From: Azolla caroliniana
Taxonomy: Eukaryota; Plantae; Polypodiophyta
Direction: 5' to 3'
DNA length: 64,000 nt
Assembly: GCA_043228905.1 (NCBI GenBank)
Contig: JBHGNT010000007.1
Coordinates: 4,588,001 to 4,652,000 of the forward strand
Part shown: positions 1 to 10,211 of the stretch, piece by piece
How the letters are laid out: the number at the start of each line of letters is the position of its first letter
How positions within the stretch are numbered: position 1 is the stretch's first letter
Notes under the pieces: generated by a model
Databases searched by the model: none
Seen by the model: the letters and a program-made list of their open reading frames with translations, nothing else
Told to the model about the DNA's origin: nothing
Program-made: the position numbers and the translations under genes

Positions 1-3000
1 TCCTCGCCACCCGGAGCTTCTCCGTAGCCAGTGCCACGTCCTCCGGTCTCCGCTCGAGCTGTCGTATACGCGCGGCCAACAACTCCTCCCGGCTCATCTC
101 GTCCCTCCAGTCGACCGTTGCCCACGAGGAGATCGTCCGTTCAACCGGCATGATCGGCTTCTGGCCGAACATGAGCTCTGTCGGCATGTACCCGGTTACC
201 GAACTGTGCGTGGTCCGGTCTGCCCACAAAGCATAAGGTAGGAGCCGCGGCCAGTTACCGACTTGGCCTCCGCATGCCCGAACCAGCGCTTTAACGATCG
301 GCCCGTGTCCGCGCTCTACCTTTCCATTCGCCTCCGGGTTGTACGCAGTGGTGAGCGAGAGTTTGACTCCCAGCCGATCGAACAGCTCCGCAGCTTCCTC
401 GGTGTCCAACTCCCCTCGGTCAGCCACGATCTTCCCGACGCACCCGTACCGGCATACCACGTCCTCGATCAGGAACCGACACACGGCCGCGGTCGTCTTG
501 TTCTGAAGGGCTCGGCCTTCCACCTGGTTCGTCAGGTCTTCCCGTGCTAGGACCAGATACCGCATCTGTCCTACCCCCATCGGCATCGTCACCAGATCTA
601 CCATCCATTTGAAGTGGATAGTCGGAGGGTACGTAGGGCGAAGCCCGTCCCGGTGTCGGACTATCGAGTGCATCTGACAACTCTCGCAAGTTGACACGAA
701 CCGATGCACGTCCCGGTACAATCCCGGCCACCAGTACTTCCCCTTCAGCTTCTCGAACGTGGCCCAAGTTCCACGGTGTCCGGCCCAAGGGCTGTCGTGG
801 TAGGCCGTCAGCAGCTCCTCCTGTTCTTCCTTCATCGCCACCACCCGGAGCGGGACACCGTTCCTCTTCTTCGGGTGCTTCCACAAATGCCCATCTCGGA
901 GAAAGAATCGATATGCTTTCTTCCGGATCCGGTTGGCCTCGTCCTTCGTCCATGACGCATCGGGCGTCATTGTCTTCAAGAACCCGCCGATCTGCAGCCA
1001 CTCCCCGTCGTACTTGCTCGCGTCGAACTCGTTAAGCGCCGGAGTGTTCATCCCGTCGGTCGTTATGTATGCTGCCTCGAAGAAATCCACGCCGACTTCT
1101 TCGTCTTCCGAAACCATGCCGCCCTCGTCGTCGAACCTCGCCCTCGAAAGCATGTCGGCCATGGCGTTGTCTTTTCCGGAAATGTGTCGTATTTCCGGGT
1201 CCAGGGACTTGATGTACGCTATCCACCTGAGCATAGCCAGGTCCGGAGTCGCGCATCCGGAAACCATACCGAGAATCGGCAGGCAATCCGTCTCGATGAT
1301 CACTTCTGTCCCTATCAGGTAGTCTTTGTCGGCCTTAACCGCCGAAACAATACCCCAGAGTTCGCGTTTAACCTGGGCGTATCCTCGCTGCCGTTCACTG
1401 AGGACTTTCGCGCCGAATCGGATCGGAAACCGATTGCCGTCCTCGTCTTCCTGGTTCACAACCCATCCGATCCCGGTCGGACTGGTATCCACCGTTATGA
1501 ATACCGGGGTACCCTTCCCGTATACCGCCTTCCGGAGTGCCGGTGCCGCTGCAAGGGCCTCTTTCAGCTTCCGGACCGATTCCGCGTGCTCGTCCAGCCA
1601 TTCGAACCTTCGCCCCCTTTTCAGCAACCCGTACAGTGGCTCCGCGACGTGTGCGTAATGCGGGATCCATATGTGGTAGAACGCGCATGCCCCCAGGAAT
1701 CTCCGTACTTCCGTGACCGAGCTGCAGTCGGGCTTCATCGCGGAGATGGCTTCTACCTTTGCCGGAGACGGTTTCCGGCCATATGGTCCGCACAGGTGTC
1801 CGACCACCATGATTTCCGACTGCCCGAAGGCCGACTTCTCCCCGGAGAAGGTGAGTCTCGCATCCTCTAGCCTTTGCAGCACCTTCTCGCAGTCGTCGAT
1901 GTGCGTCGCCACGAATCGCCGGCATCCGTCCGGCCCGATCGTCTCGTCCTTTTCTTCCACCGGGCATCCCTTGATCGGGATGTCATCCAGAAACGGCATG
2001 GTGATGTCCGGGATACAGTCCCTCAGAACCTTGTTCATCGCATTCACCATGTGGGCCACCGAGTTGGTCCCTCCTTGCGGCAGTGTACACATCCGAACTA
2101 GGCCGAGGGGAGTTCGCATCGTCGTAATGTCTCTGCTCTCCACGGCTAGCTGGAACTGGTCGTACCCTGAGTATAGATCCCCGACCGAGTAAATTGACCT
2201 TCCGGCGAAGGCCTCCGCGAACTCGTCTATGGTCGGTCCGATCCCTGCGTTCCGAATGGTCACTCGATTGACCGGCTGCAGGTCCTGGATGAAGCGCAAC
2301 GGACCGTTTTTCTTCGGTACGGTAAACCATCGATTCGAATATGGGGCGCTCGACGGCTCGAGAATTCCCATATCAACTTTCTGCCTCAGCAGCTCCATCA
2401 ACTTCGGGATGTGAGCTCTCGGAACCGGGATTGGCTTGAGATTCCATGGTACATGCGGTACCGTGAATATCACCATCGGCTCCACGATCGTCGGGTCAAC
2501 GCACCCGATTTCCTCCGGCGAGAATGCGAAGGCTTTCCCGTGCCTTCCGAGCATTCCCCGAAACCGGTCTTCCTCCGCCGGCAGTAGGAACCCGCCCCCA
2601 CCGATTTTGAGCTCTCGGAGCGTCTCGTCGGTGAAGGTGTGTCCTATGCAGGCCGGATCTCGTAGACTAGGGTCCGATGCAACCCCTTTGATTCTCGACG
2701 CGCTGTCCTCCGGTAGGGGTGCCGCGACTGGCCTTACCTTCCGGTCCACAGTCTTGTACTTGGTGCCTACGTGGGCCGTCCGAACTGACTCGAGCCCTCG
2801 ACCGAAGTCCGCGATGACTCTGTACATCCCCTCGGAACACACCGGTATCGTCCGGTCTTCGTTAAGGCCTTCTTCGACTACCTTCCCCAGCATTCCCAAG
2901 GTGTCGTCGAATGAGACCGCCTCCACGGCTCCGTTGATTTCCTCGTCAGGGCCGAGAACTCCGCACGCTCGAAGTCTCCCCTCCGCCTTTGTCTTCTCTC

Positions 3001-3157
3001 GGCCGCCGATGCCGACTATCGTACACGCTCCGCTGTCGGAGAACAAAAATCCCCTACCTATGGTACAAGGTTTCTTTGGTTTTATCGTACAGGTGTGGGG
3101 GTTTCCCGGGGTGTCCGGACTGTCGCGGCCCCACGCCTTGGCAGCCCTCTCTAAAAA
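1..3157 (-). CDS. Pol (RT-RNaseH-integrase) of element A, in the -1 frame relative to gag-PR; runs off the window start
   Basis: Minus-strand translation gives PMVIFTVPHVPWNLKP, DLYSGYDQFQL, PFLDDIPIKG (RT), VDTSPTGIGW (RH), YWWPGLYRDV and NPEANGKVERGH (INT); near-colinear with the annotated ORFs of element C. Confidence 0.85.
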
Positions 3158-5304
3158 TCCTCTCGGTTATCGGAACCGAGGGAGTCGCGGTTACGCTCGT
3201 GGTTCGGCCTAACCGTCAAAAACTGGACCGAATGGCGCCCGTCCTGGCTCTTGACCCGCGCATAGGCCGAACCATTGTCCAGCACCTTGGTCTCCATTCG
3301 CGCCGCCGTGATGTACGGCTCTCCCAGAATGACCGGATGCGAAGACGTCTCCTGCACGAAGAAGTGCTGGTCAATCTCGACGTCGCCGATCTTGACTCGC
3401 ACATTCGGACAGGCCCCGTGCAGTTCCTCGGTGGCGCACGTTGCTGCCCTTATTTTCCACCCGTGCTTGGTGTTGATCGGCCATTTGCCCTTCTTATAGA
3501 AGTCCATGGACATCAAATTGATCTCCGATCCGTGGTCCACCAAAGCTATCACCGGTTCCTGGACATCGCCGATCTTCACCGGGGTTTCCGTGGTCGCTCG
3601 GGCCCAGTGCGGTCTCGAATAGTGGCTTTCCGCCCACTCGTCTCCCAGCGCCATGTCGTCTAGGTGCGTCGTCCGCACTTCCACCAGTCTTTCCGGTTCT
3701 GTCTCCGTTGACAGCCTCTTCCGTTTCACCAAGTCCACGATGGAGTCGTGGAACTCCTTCTTGGCGATTCCCAGCACTTCCCGTAGCGACAGCTCCACCT
3801 TGCTGTCGAGGATCCGTTCCTCCAGGACCTTTCGTAAGTCCGTGGTTCTTTCTATCTCCGTCCCCAGACGGTACCCGCCCTTCTGGGGTTTATCTTGCGT
3901 ACCGGCCCCGCCGGCTCCGTCCCGTCGTGGCCCGGACCGGGTCTCGTATCGTTGTGAGGGCCCGGTCGTCCCGGGTTTCCCCACCCGCTTCTCTTCTACC
4001 AGAGCCTCGTAGTTCCGGCAAGCGGCTTCCACGAAGCCCGTCTTTTCCTCGACCGGGTCGCTCCACCCGGTCATCTCCTGTACCCGTTTCTCCGCACGGT
4101 CCGATTCCTCCCCTTTAAGCCTTGCACCGGCAAGGCCTTCCAGCATCGTCGGCCAGAATCCGGCTTTGCTTTCCCTTCGGGCCTCGCCGCCCCCGACTCG
4201 AATGCCGGCCGACGCCGAGTAGTGAACGGTTTCCGCGTGTCGGGCCGCCGCCTCTTCCATCAACCTTTTCATACCACCCTTTCCGTCGTTTCGGCTCAGG
4301 GCCCTTCGGGTGTCGCTGGCATGCACCCGTCCTTCCCACAGGTACACCACCCTGTTCCTCAGCGCCTCCGCGAAGTCGCCGCAGTCCTTCCGAATGTGGC
4401 CGACTTCATCGCACCACATGCACCTGTTTCCTGCCGCCGGCCGTCGGTCACGAGCCGGTTCGCCTCCTTCCCTTCGGGCCTGCGCGATTTGGAGGTCCTT
4501 TATCGCCTTCGTCAATTCCTCCAGCGCCGCTCCTCCGGTTGAGCCTGTGACTACGCCGGTCGAAGCCGAACCGGTTTCCAACCACTCTCCGGTCCCTTCC
4601 TTTCGCACCCGTGGCGCTGGTTCGAACTTCCTTGCTGCGACCGAGCCCGACCCGGTCGCACCGTCATCCGCCCATTCTCGCCGTTTGTCGAAACGGCCAC
4701 AGACCTTCCTGACAGCCGCCCAGTCGGTAGTGAGCCCGTCTTCGGTTTCTAGCAGGGCGCCCACGTGACTCCGATCCCTCTCGTCAACCGATTTGATGAA
4801 CAGCAGGACCCGGCTTGTATCCAGGACCATCCTGTCAAGCGCCGAAAGGCGTGCGAAGTTCTCCTCGAACTCCCGGAGGAGTGCCGAAGCGTTTCTTCCC
4901 TTCCCCGGGGACTCCACCCATTCCATAAAGCTTCGCTTCGAAAGCCGGAGCGCGTCGTCCAGTCCGTATTTTTCCAGGAGCCGACCTTCGAACTCCTCCC
5001 AGGTACGGCTCTCCGTCCGCACCTCGAGCACCTCCGCATGGATGCTCGGCATCGCTACTCGGGGAAATCCGGCAAGACGCCTTTCTTCCGGAATGTCCCG
5101 CATCAGCATCTCTGCACCGTAGGACGCCAAATACTTCGTGGCATCCTTCCCATCGAACCGGCCGATCGTGCCGACGACCGCCTCAATAGCTCTGTCGAGG
5201 GCACCGGTGCTCTCGCGCGCGTTTACAATCCGATCCACGGCCGAAGCCATGGCCTCTGCGAGATCCGACCCCCTCATTTCCTGCTCTTCTGCCGCCTCTT
5301 TCAC
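3151..5304 (-). CDS. Gag-aspartic protease polyprotein of element A (717 aa)
   Basis: CCHC knuckle CMWCDEVGHIRKDC; protease LVDHGSEINLM and ILGEPY; ORF begins at the PBS. Confidence 0.92.
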   Translation of the reverse strand: MKEAAEEQEMRGSDLAEAMASAVDRIVNARESTGALDRAIEAVVGTIGRFDGKDATKYLASYGAEMLMRDIPEERRLAGFPRVAMPSIHAEVLEVRTESRTWEEFEGRLLEKYGLDDALRLSKRSFMEWVESPGKGRNASALLREFEENFARLSALDRMVLDTSRVLLFIKSVDERDRSHVGALLETEDGLTTDWAAVRKVCGRFDKRREWADDGATGSGSVAARKFEPAPRVRKEGTGEWLETGSASTGVVTGSTGGAALEELTKAIKDLQIAQARREGGEPARDRRPAAGNRCMWCDEVGHIRKDCGDFAEALRNRVVYLWEGRVHASDTRRALSRNDGKGGMKRLMEEAAARHAETVHYSASAGIRVGGGEARRESKAGFWPTMLEGLAGARLKGEESDRAEKRVQEMTGWSDPVEEKTGFVEAACRNYEALVEEKRVGKPGTTGPSQRYETRSGPRRDGAGGAGTQDKPQKGGYRLGTEIERTTDLRKVLEERILDSKVELSLREVLGIAKKEFHDSIVDLVKRKRLSTETEPERLVEVRTTHLDDMALGDEWAESHYSRPHWARATTETPVKIGDVQEPVIALVDHGSEINLMSMDFYKKGKWPINTKHGWKIRAATCATEELHGACPNVRVKIGDVEIDQHFFVQETSSHPVILGEPYITAARMETKVLDNGSAYARVKSQDGRHSVQFLTVRPNHERNRDSLGSDNREDF

Positions 5305-5317
5305 GTCGGGTTCACCA
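5301..5317 (-). promoter_or_regulatory. Primer-binding site complementary to the 3' end of tRNA-Trp
   Basis: + strand TCACGTCGGGTTCACCA equals the 3' end of plant cytosolic tRNA-Trp including CCA; 3 bp from the LTR. Confidence 0.9.
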
Positions 5318-5320
5318 AGA

Positions 5321-6010
5321 TGTCGGGGTTGCTACGCCTTTGCGTGCAGAAAGGAGGAGGGACCACGGGGGTCTTGGACCGAAGAGCAAGAGAGAGCGGA
5401 GTAAGAGAGAGACCCGATTACACAGAACCGAAGATTGCACAGGGACACGGCCCAACAAACAGAGATCACAAACAGACGCCGACACAGATGGACGCAACAA
5501 CGAAAGATATGTACTTATGAATGCAAGAAAATAACAGACCAAAGTATTACAACCCACGGTGGGGCACGGAATAGATACTAACGAGAACGGACGGGGCGGC
5601 GAACAGATGCCGACCCCTGTATGTCGCGACGCACAGAAAGGGAAACAGGTCGGAGGTGCGGCAGGACGCACTCGGGGCGTTCCACGGAACAGCGCAAGCC
5701 TCCTCGAAACCTGCACAGGTACGCGATGGAGCAGAAGACAGAGAAAGCAGGAGTGAGAGAGGAGCTCCGAAATCGGTTCGGCAGCACTTCGTCCTCTCCG
5801 CGCGAGATCCCCTTTTCTATCATTCCTCTTCCTTTTTATAGCCCGTCAAGAGGCCGTTTGGCATTAACTGCATACCAACCGAATCTGCCCACCTAGGATC
5901 CTCGTATGTACCTACTTCGTTCCTAGGTACTTCTTGGCGCGCGTGTGTGTAGAGCCGTTTCCCACGCCTTGTTCCTCCGATTCCTCTTGTGGGCTGTTTT
6001 CTTCACGACA
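5321..6010 (-). repeat. 5' LTR of element A
   Basis: TG...CA ends; shares blocks with element C LTRs (GGGACCACGGGGGTCTTGGACC, GCAGCACTTCGTCCT, TTTTCTTCACGACA). Confidence 0.9.
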
Positions 6011-6664
6011 ACGTGAGTATAATGGGTCTTACCAGTTAGGGACACTTGCCGGCGAAGTCCTAGGCAAATGGGTCAACGGATTCCGATTGAAGCCATATAG
6101 AGGACCGATGCCTAAGAACCCATTTGAACAAAGGACTGACACCGGTGAGGAAACGGCAACCTGTAAGGGGAACGGCAACCACCAAGACGGAGGAGACGGC
6201 AAGCCGGTAACAGGGGAGAATGAGGCGACGGCAAACCGTAATGAGGCCGGTAAGGGTCCGATAGGACCAACGGACAACTAACCTCACACCACATTAAAAT
6301 TTATTAAAAAATAAAAAATAAAAAAACAACGAAGTAATCATGCAAAAGCGAGGTATGAATGGAGGAAAGAGTGAGGAGCGAAAAGGTACGTAGTGGGCAT
6401 TTAAGCGCCACCACAGGACATAATGCTATTTTAGTACACGATGTGCACACACTCAAAAAAGGCGCCAGAATGCACAGAGAAAAACCACTGCGCGTGGAGA
6501 CCCTCTACTTTCGCGAACCTAGGAGCATAGAAGCACCAAGGCACTCCAAGATCATCAGACGAGAACCTACGCACAGAGAACCCGTGCCTTCTGAACTCTC
6601 TCTCTCTCACTCTCATTCTCATCACCAGCCAACCTCACCACCACAATCCGACCTCGACACAGAC

Positions 6665-9413
6665 ATGGACCCGCAAACGCTGTCGGAAACCGCTAAGAAA
6701 TGGCTAAAGCAACACGGGCTCGAGGGCTTCTTGACGATTATGGAGGTACCGCCACACAAAGAAGCCGACAAGGTGATCAAAGAAATCGACACAGAGGTCA
6801 TAACGGCGGAGGCGATCCGCGCGTTAATAGGCCTTCCGGAGGGAGGCATATTCACGATTGACAATCCGACCTCGGAGCAACTCATCAAGTATTTTGGTGA
6901 GTACTCCCTAGCCAGCAAGGGCTACCGGACACAAGGAGACGGAGATATGTTGTTCCGCGAGATTGCCCGTGTGCTCCACGAATACGGCCATGTGTACCCT
7001 AGACCCCCTGTCATGCCACAGAACCGGGCAGGGATGATCATCGCCACCTATGAAGGGATCAAGGTGGATTGACCGGTATTGATCGCAGACGGTTTGTGTG
7101 CGGCGATCGAGATCGTCAGAGGAAAAGACGGCAAAGAAGGCCGAGAAGGACGGAGGATATGGCACGCAGTAACGCAGTGGCTCACCTTGCTTGTGCCACC
7201 CGTCCAGCCCGTCCAGCCCAAGAAGCGGGGAAGAGTGGCAGACAGCACCCCAAAGATTGCTTCCAAAAGACAACAGTTGTTGGCCTCTAAGGCCACTAAG
7301 GGAAAGGCGGCGGACGCAGAACAGGCGGGAAAGGAGAGCGCCAGCCGGAAGCGGCCAACAGATGCGCAGGAGGAGCCACCGGTACGGCCCGTAAAGGTTA
7401 CACTCCGCTGACCGGTGAATAGAGAAGCGGACCCCTTGGCGGCAAAACTCAATGTTGGGACTCCAGCGACGGTCGTCGGCAAGGACCGTTGAGGCAGTCG
7501 GGAAATGTTCGAACCCTCACACGGAGGGAACAACGGCTCCCCATACTGAGACTCCTACGCCAAGGGAGGAACTGGAACCGGTGCGCACGGCACCGGAATC
7601 AGAAGCCCCTGCACCACCGGCACCACCGGGAAGTCCCATTCCGCCAGAGCCGGAAAGTTCAATACAGCCTCCCTCGGCCAACCAAGAAGAAGCGCAAGGA
7701 GAACCAAGACAGCAGGGTGGCCCACGGGCAGAAACGGAATTGCAACTCGGCGCAATCAGGCGGGACCACCCATCTACAAGCGAGCCCATCTGTCAAACCT
7801 CCATGCAAGCACAACAACAATGCACCGGTAGCCTATGGCTCCGGTGGATAGGCGAATAGATTGCCGGAGGAGTGGGGTATATTGAGGCGGAAGAAAGAGT
7901 GCAAAGCGAACGGTTGCTCGTCACAACTGAACAACTAGAGACGGCCTGGTCCAGAATCCGGTGCCTTGAAAAAGACTTGGATCAGGTCACGGCAGAGATG
8001 GCCAAAATGGCCTTAACGACAACACAGATCCAATCACCAGTGACTTCGGTAAGTGTACAGAATAAAGAACCAGACCAACCTGTACATACTAATAAGACCC
8101 CGGCAACGGAAACCGTCCCAGAGAGAGATGCGGCGCAAGCCCAGGAGCTTGCGGAATTGAGAGATGAACTTGCCGCACAAGAAGCGCTAAGGAGCCGTGA
8201 ACGGGAATTGAAGACAGCGGCCGAAGCCGAATTAAAGAAGACTGTTGAGAACCTACGCCGGGCAGAGGAGAGCCTCCGGAAAGGCCATCAAGCGTACGAC
8301 CGGCTAAGGGAGGAAAAAGACAAAGTGCTGCAGGAAAAGGACAAGCTGCGGAAGACGGCGGAAACGGAAATTGAACGGCTAAAGGAAGAGCTCCGCCAGC
8401 AGAAGGACCGCAAGGACCGGGCCCCTCGACAAATCAACGCACCGCTCAAGCAAAAGACAGATGATTTTGAGCACCTGCACCGGGACTTCAAACGGCTGGA
8501 AACGGAGCATAAGGAACAGATGGCCGAACTCCAGTAGGAAGTTAATCAGGCCGCGATGGCGATCGCCGACGAACGTGCGGAAAATACAAGACGATTGGAC
8601 GAGGCGGAGAAGGTCCGGATGGAGCTCCAGAGGCAGCAGTAGGAAGAAAAGGAGAGAGCGTTAACGGTATTGCAAAAATTACAAAGCACATATCAAAGGC
8701 AATTGACGCATTACAAGGAGCAGGCGGAAGACAACGTCAAAATCATCAAGCAACTGAAGGAGGAACGACAGGCGGCGGAGATCAAATCGCAATTGGGAAC
8801 GGGCCGGATTCAGTGCATCCTCCGGGCATGTTTGAATCAGACAAAACGCTTGATTGACGAAAGCTCCGTAAGATGGTGGACAAAGTGGGCAAAAAATGCG
8901 GCGGAACTCCAATTGCTATGAGCAGATGTGGCAAACCGGCAGAAGGAAGGAGATGATTGTTACACGTTGACTTCCGAGGACTTCACCGCCATACGGGACG
9001 AGCTGGCCGAAGACTTCCAAGTTCTGGCGGATGAACAGCTGGCGCAGGTCCGGCAACTCATAGCTCAGCTAGATGATGATAGGCTGGACGCTCAAATCCA
9101 GTTTGAAAGCTACGAGCGGTCCCGGGTTCGGGAAGAAAATGCACGGGAAGCAACAACGGTTAACCTTAGTGATGAGGAACCATCGCCGGCCGAGGGCCAA
9201 GCTGGAACCAGTCAACCGGAGACCACTACGACGGAGGGAGTAATGACGGAAACGCCGGTGTCAGAGCAACAAACGGAGGAGTAGCCGCAGCAGCCACCAA
9301 AGGACCAGTCGCAGCAACCATCAACAGAGCAACAACAACAACAACAACCAATTCCAGATGAACCATTGGAGACTCTCGAACAAAGCATTCTGGATATTTT
9401 GGACGAAGAATAG
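6665..9413 (+). pseudogene. Decayed additional ORF of element B (plant-retroelement eORF-like N-terminus, Pro/Glu-rich linker, long coiled coil)
   Basis: Consecutive + ORFs 6359-7072, 7079-7411, 7452-7859, 7872-8537, 8670-8921, 8928-9284 broken by TGA/TAG codons explainable as TGG/CGA/CAG transitions, plus frameshifts; heptad-rich E/K/L/R segment. Confidence 0.7.
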
Positions 9414-9468
9414 CAAGGGTCGGATGGTGGATTCGACGTACAAGGTACTGTCCCACGGGCGTGCCATG

Positions 9469-9840
9469 TGTTACCGGTCGACAAAGGAGTCCAGAGTGTG
9501 AAACGAAGGAGTTATTTAATTATTAGGAATGGTTGTATGTAAGCTATTAGTAGTGTGGACGGACGGACCGGAATCGGTATGCCGTTCCGGATCCGGACTG
9601 ATCCCGAACAGGTGCGGATGGCACCGTTTTGTACTACAGACCGGAAACCTATTTAAAGGCCCGGATACAATGTAATGAGCGGCGGATAATTAATGAAGCT
9701 TAGTGTTTTTTTATCTCTCTGTGTTAATTGTCGTTCTGCATTCATTGTTATATCTTACGCGTGTGATTATTAAGGACGATCTTGCTAAGTAGCCTAATTA
9801 AGTCGGATTAATTGTTGAGTCTAATCCTATTGCCGTAACA
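9469..9840 (+). repeat. 3' LTR of element B
   Basis: TGTTACCGG...CCGTAACA inverted termini; internal TATTTAAA TATA-like box near 9650. Confidence 0.75.
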
Positions 9841-9853
9841 CCCCTTTGGTGAA

Positions 9854-9889
9854 AACACGTTCGCGTTCACAAGTGGAAGGATCGCGCAT
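9854..9889 (+). repeat. Left TIR of the DNA transposon
   Basis: Reverse complement of 18533-18568 with one mismatch. Confidence 0.95.
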
Positions 9890-10211
9890 AAATGGAAGGA
9901 TAAGGGAAATTTTAGGGGTTTTTCAATGATTTTACAAAACACATTGATACCAGTATCATACATGTTCAAACATACTATGAAAAAGGTTAAAAATCCACTA
10001 TTTTCGTGATTTAGAAGTAACTAAAAAAAGACGAATTTCAAAAAGATACATTCTCAATTTATATCACAAACTTTACAACCAATGTTATTTTATAAGAAAC
10101 GATTTTTTAGAAATCATAAGAATTCAAAACACATGCTTTTATATTACTCGATTTGTTACAAGGGTTTTGTAGTTACACTTAATAGCCAAATATACATTCA
10201 TGATCACTCCT

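Larger units (their letters stand above)
1..6010 (-). mobile_element. Ty3/Gypsy LTR retrotransposon A (non-chromovirus, tRNA-Trp primed, possibly Phygy-like); 3' end lies outside the window
   Basis: 5' LTR 6010-5321 (TGTCGTGAAG...CCCCGACA on the minus strand), PBS TGGTGAACCCGACGTGA, then gag-PR ORF followed by RT-RNaseH-INT; inserted in the integrase tail of element B. Confidence 0.95.
6011..9840 (+). mobile_element. Ty3/Gypsy element B, 3' half (integrase tail, extra 3' ORF, 3' LTR); Athila/Tat-like organisation
   Basis: NGSYQLGTLAGEVLGKWVNGFRLKPY integrase C-terminal motif ending at 6281; LTR 9469-9840 with TGTTAC...GTAACA ends. Confidence 0.8.

Noticed and set aside
5301-5317. tRNA-Trp gene (also near 24920)
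   Set aside because: Only the 3' 17 nt including CCA are present, next to an LTR; this is a PBS
263-5900. Numerous + strand and alternative-frame ORFs (also 19300-25400)
   Set aside because: Shadow ORFs of GC-rich gag-pol sequence with no independent motifs
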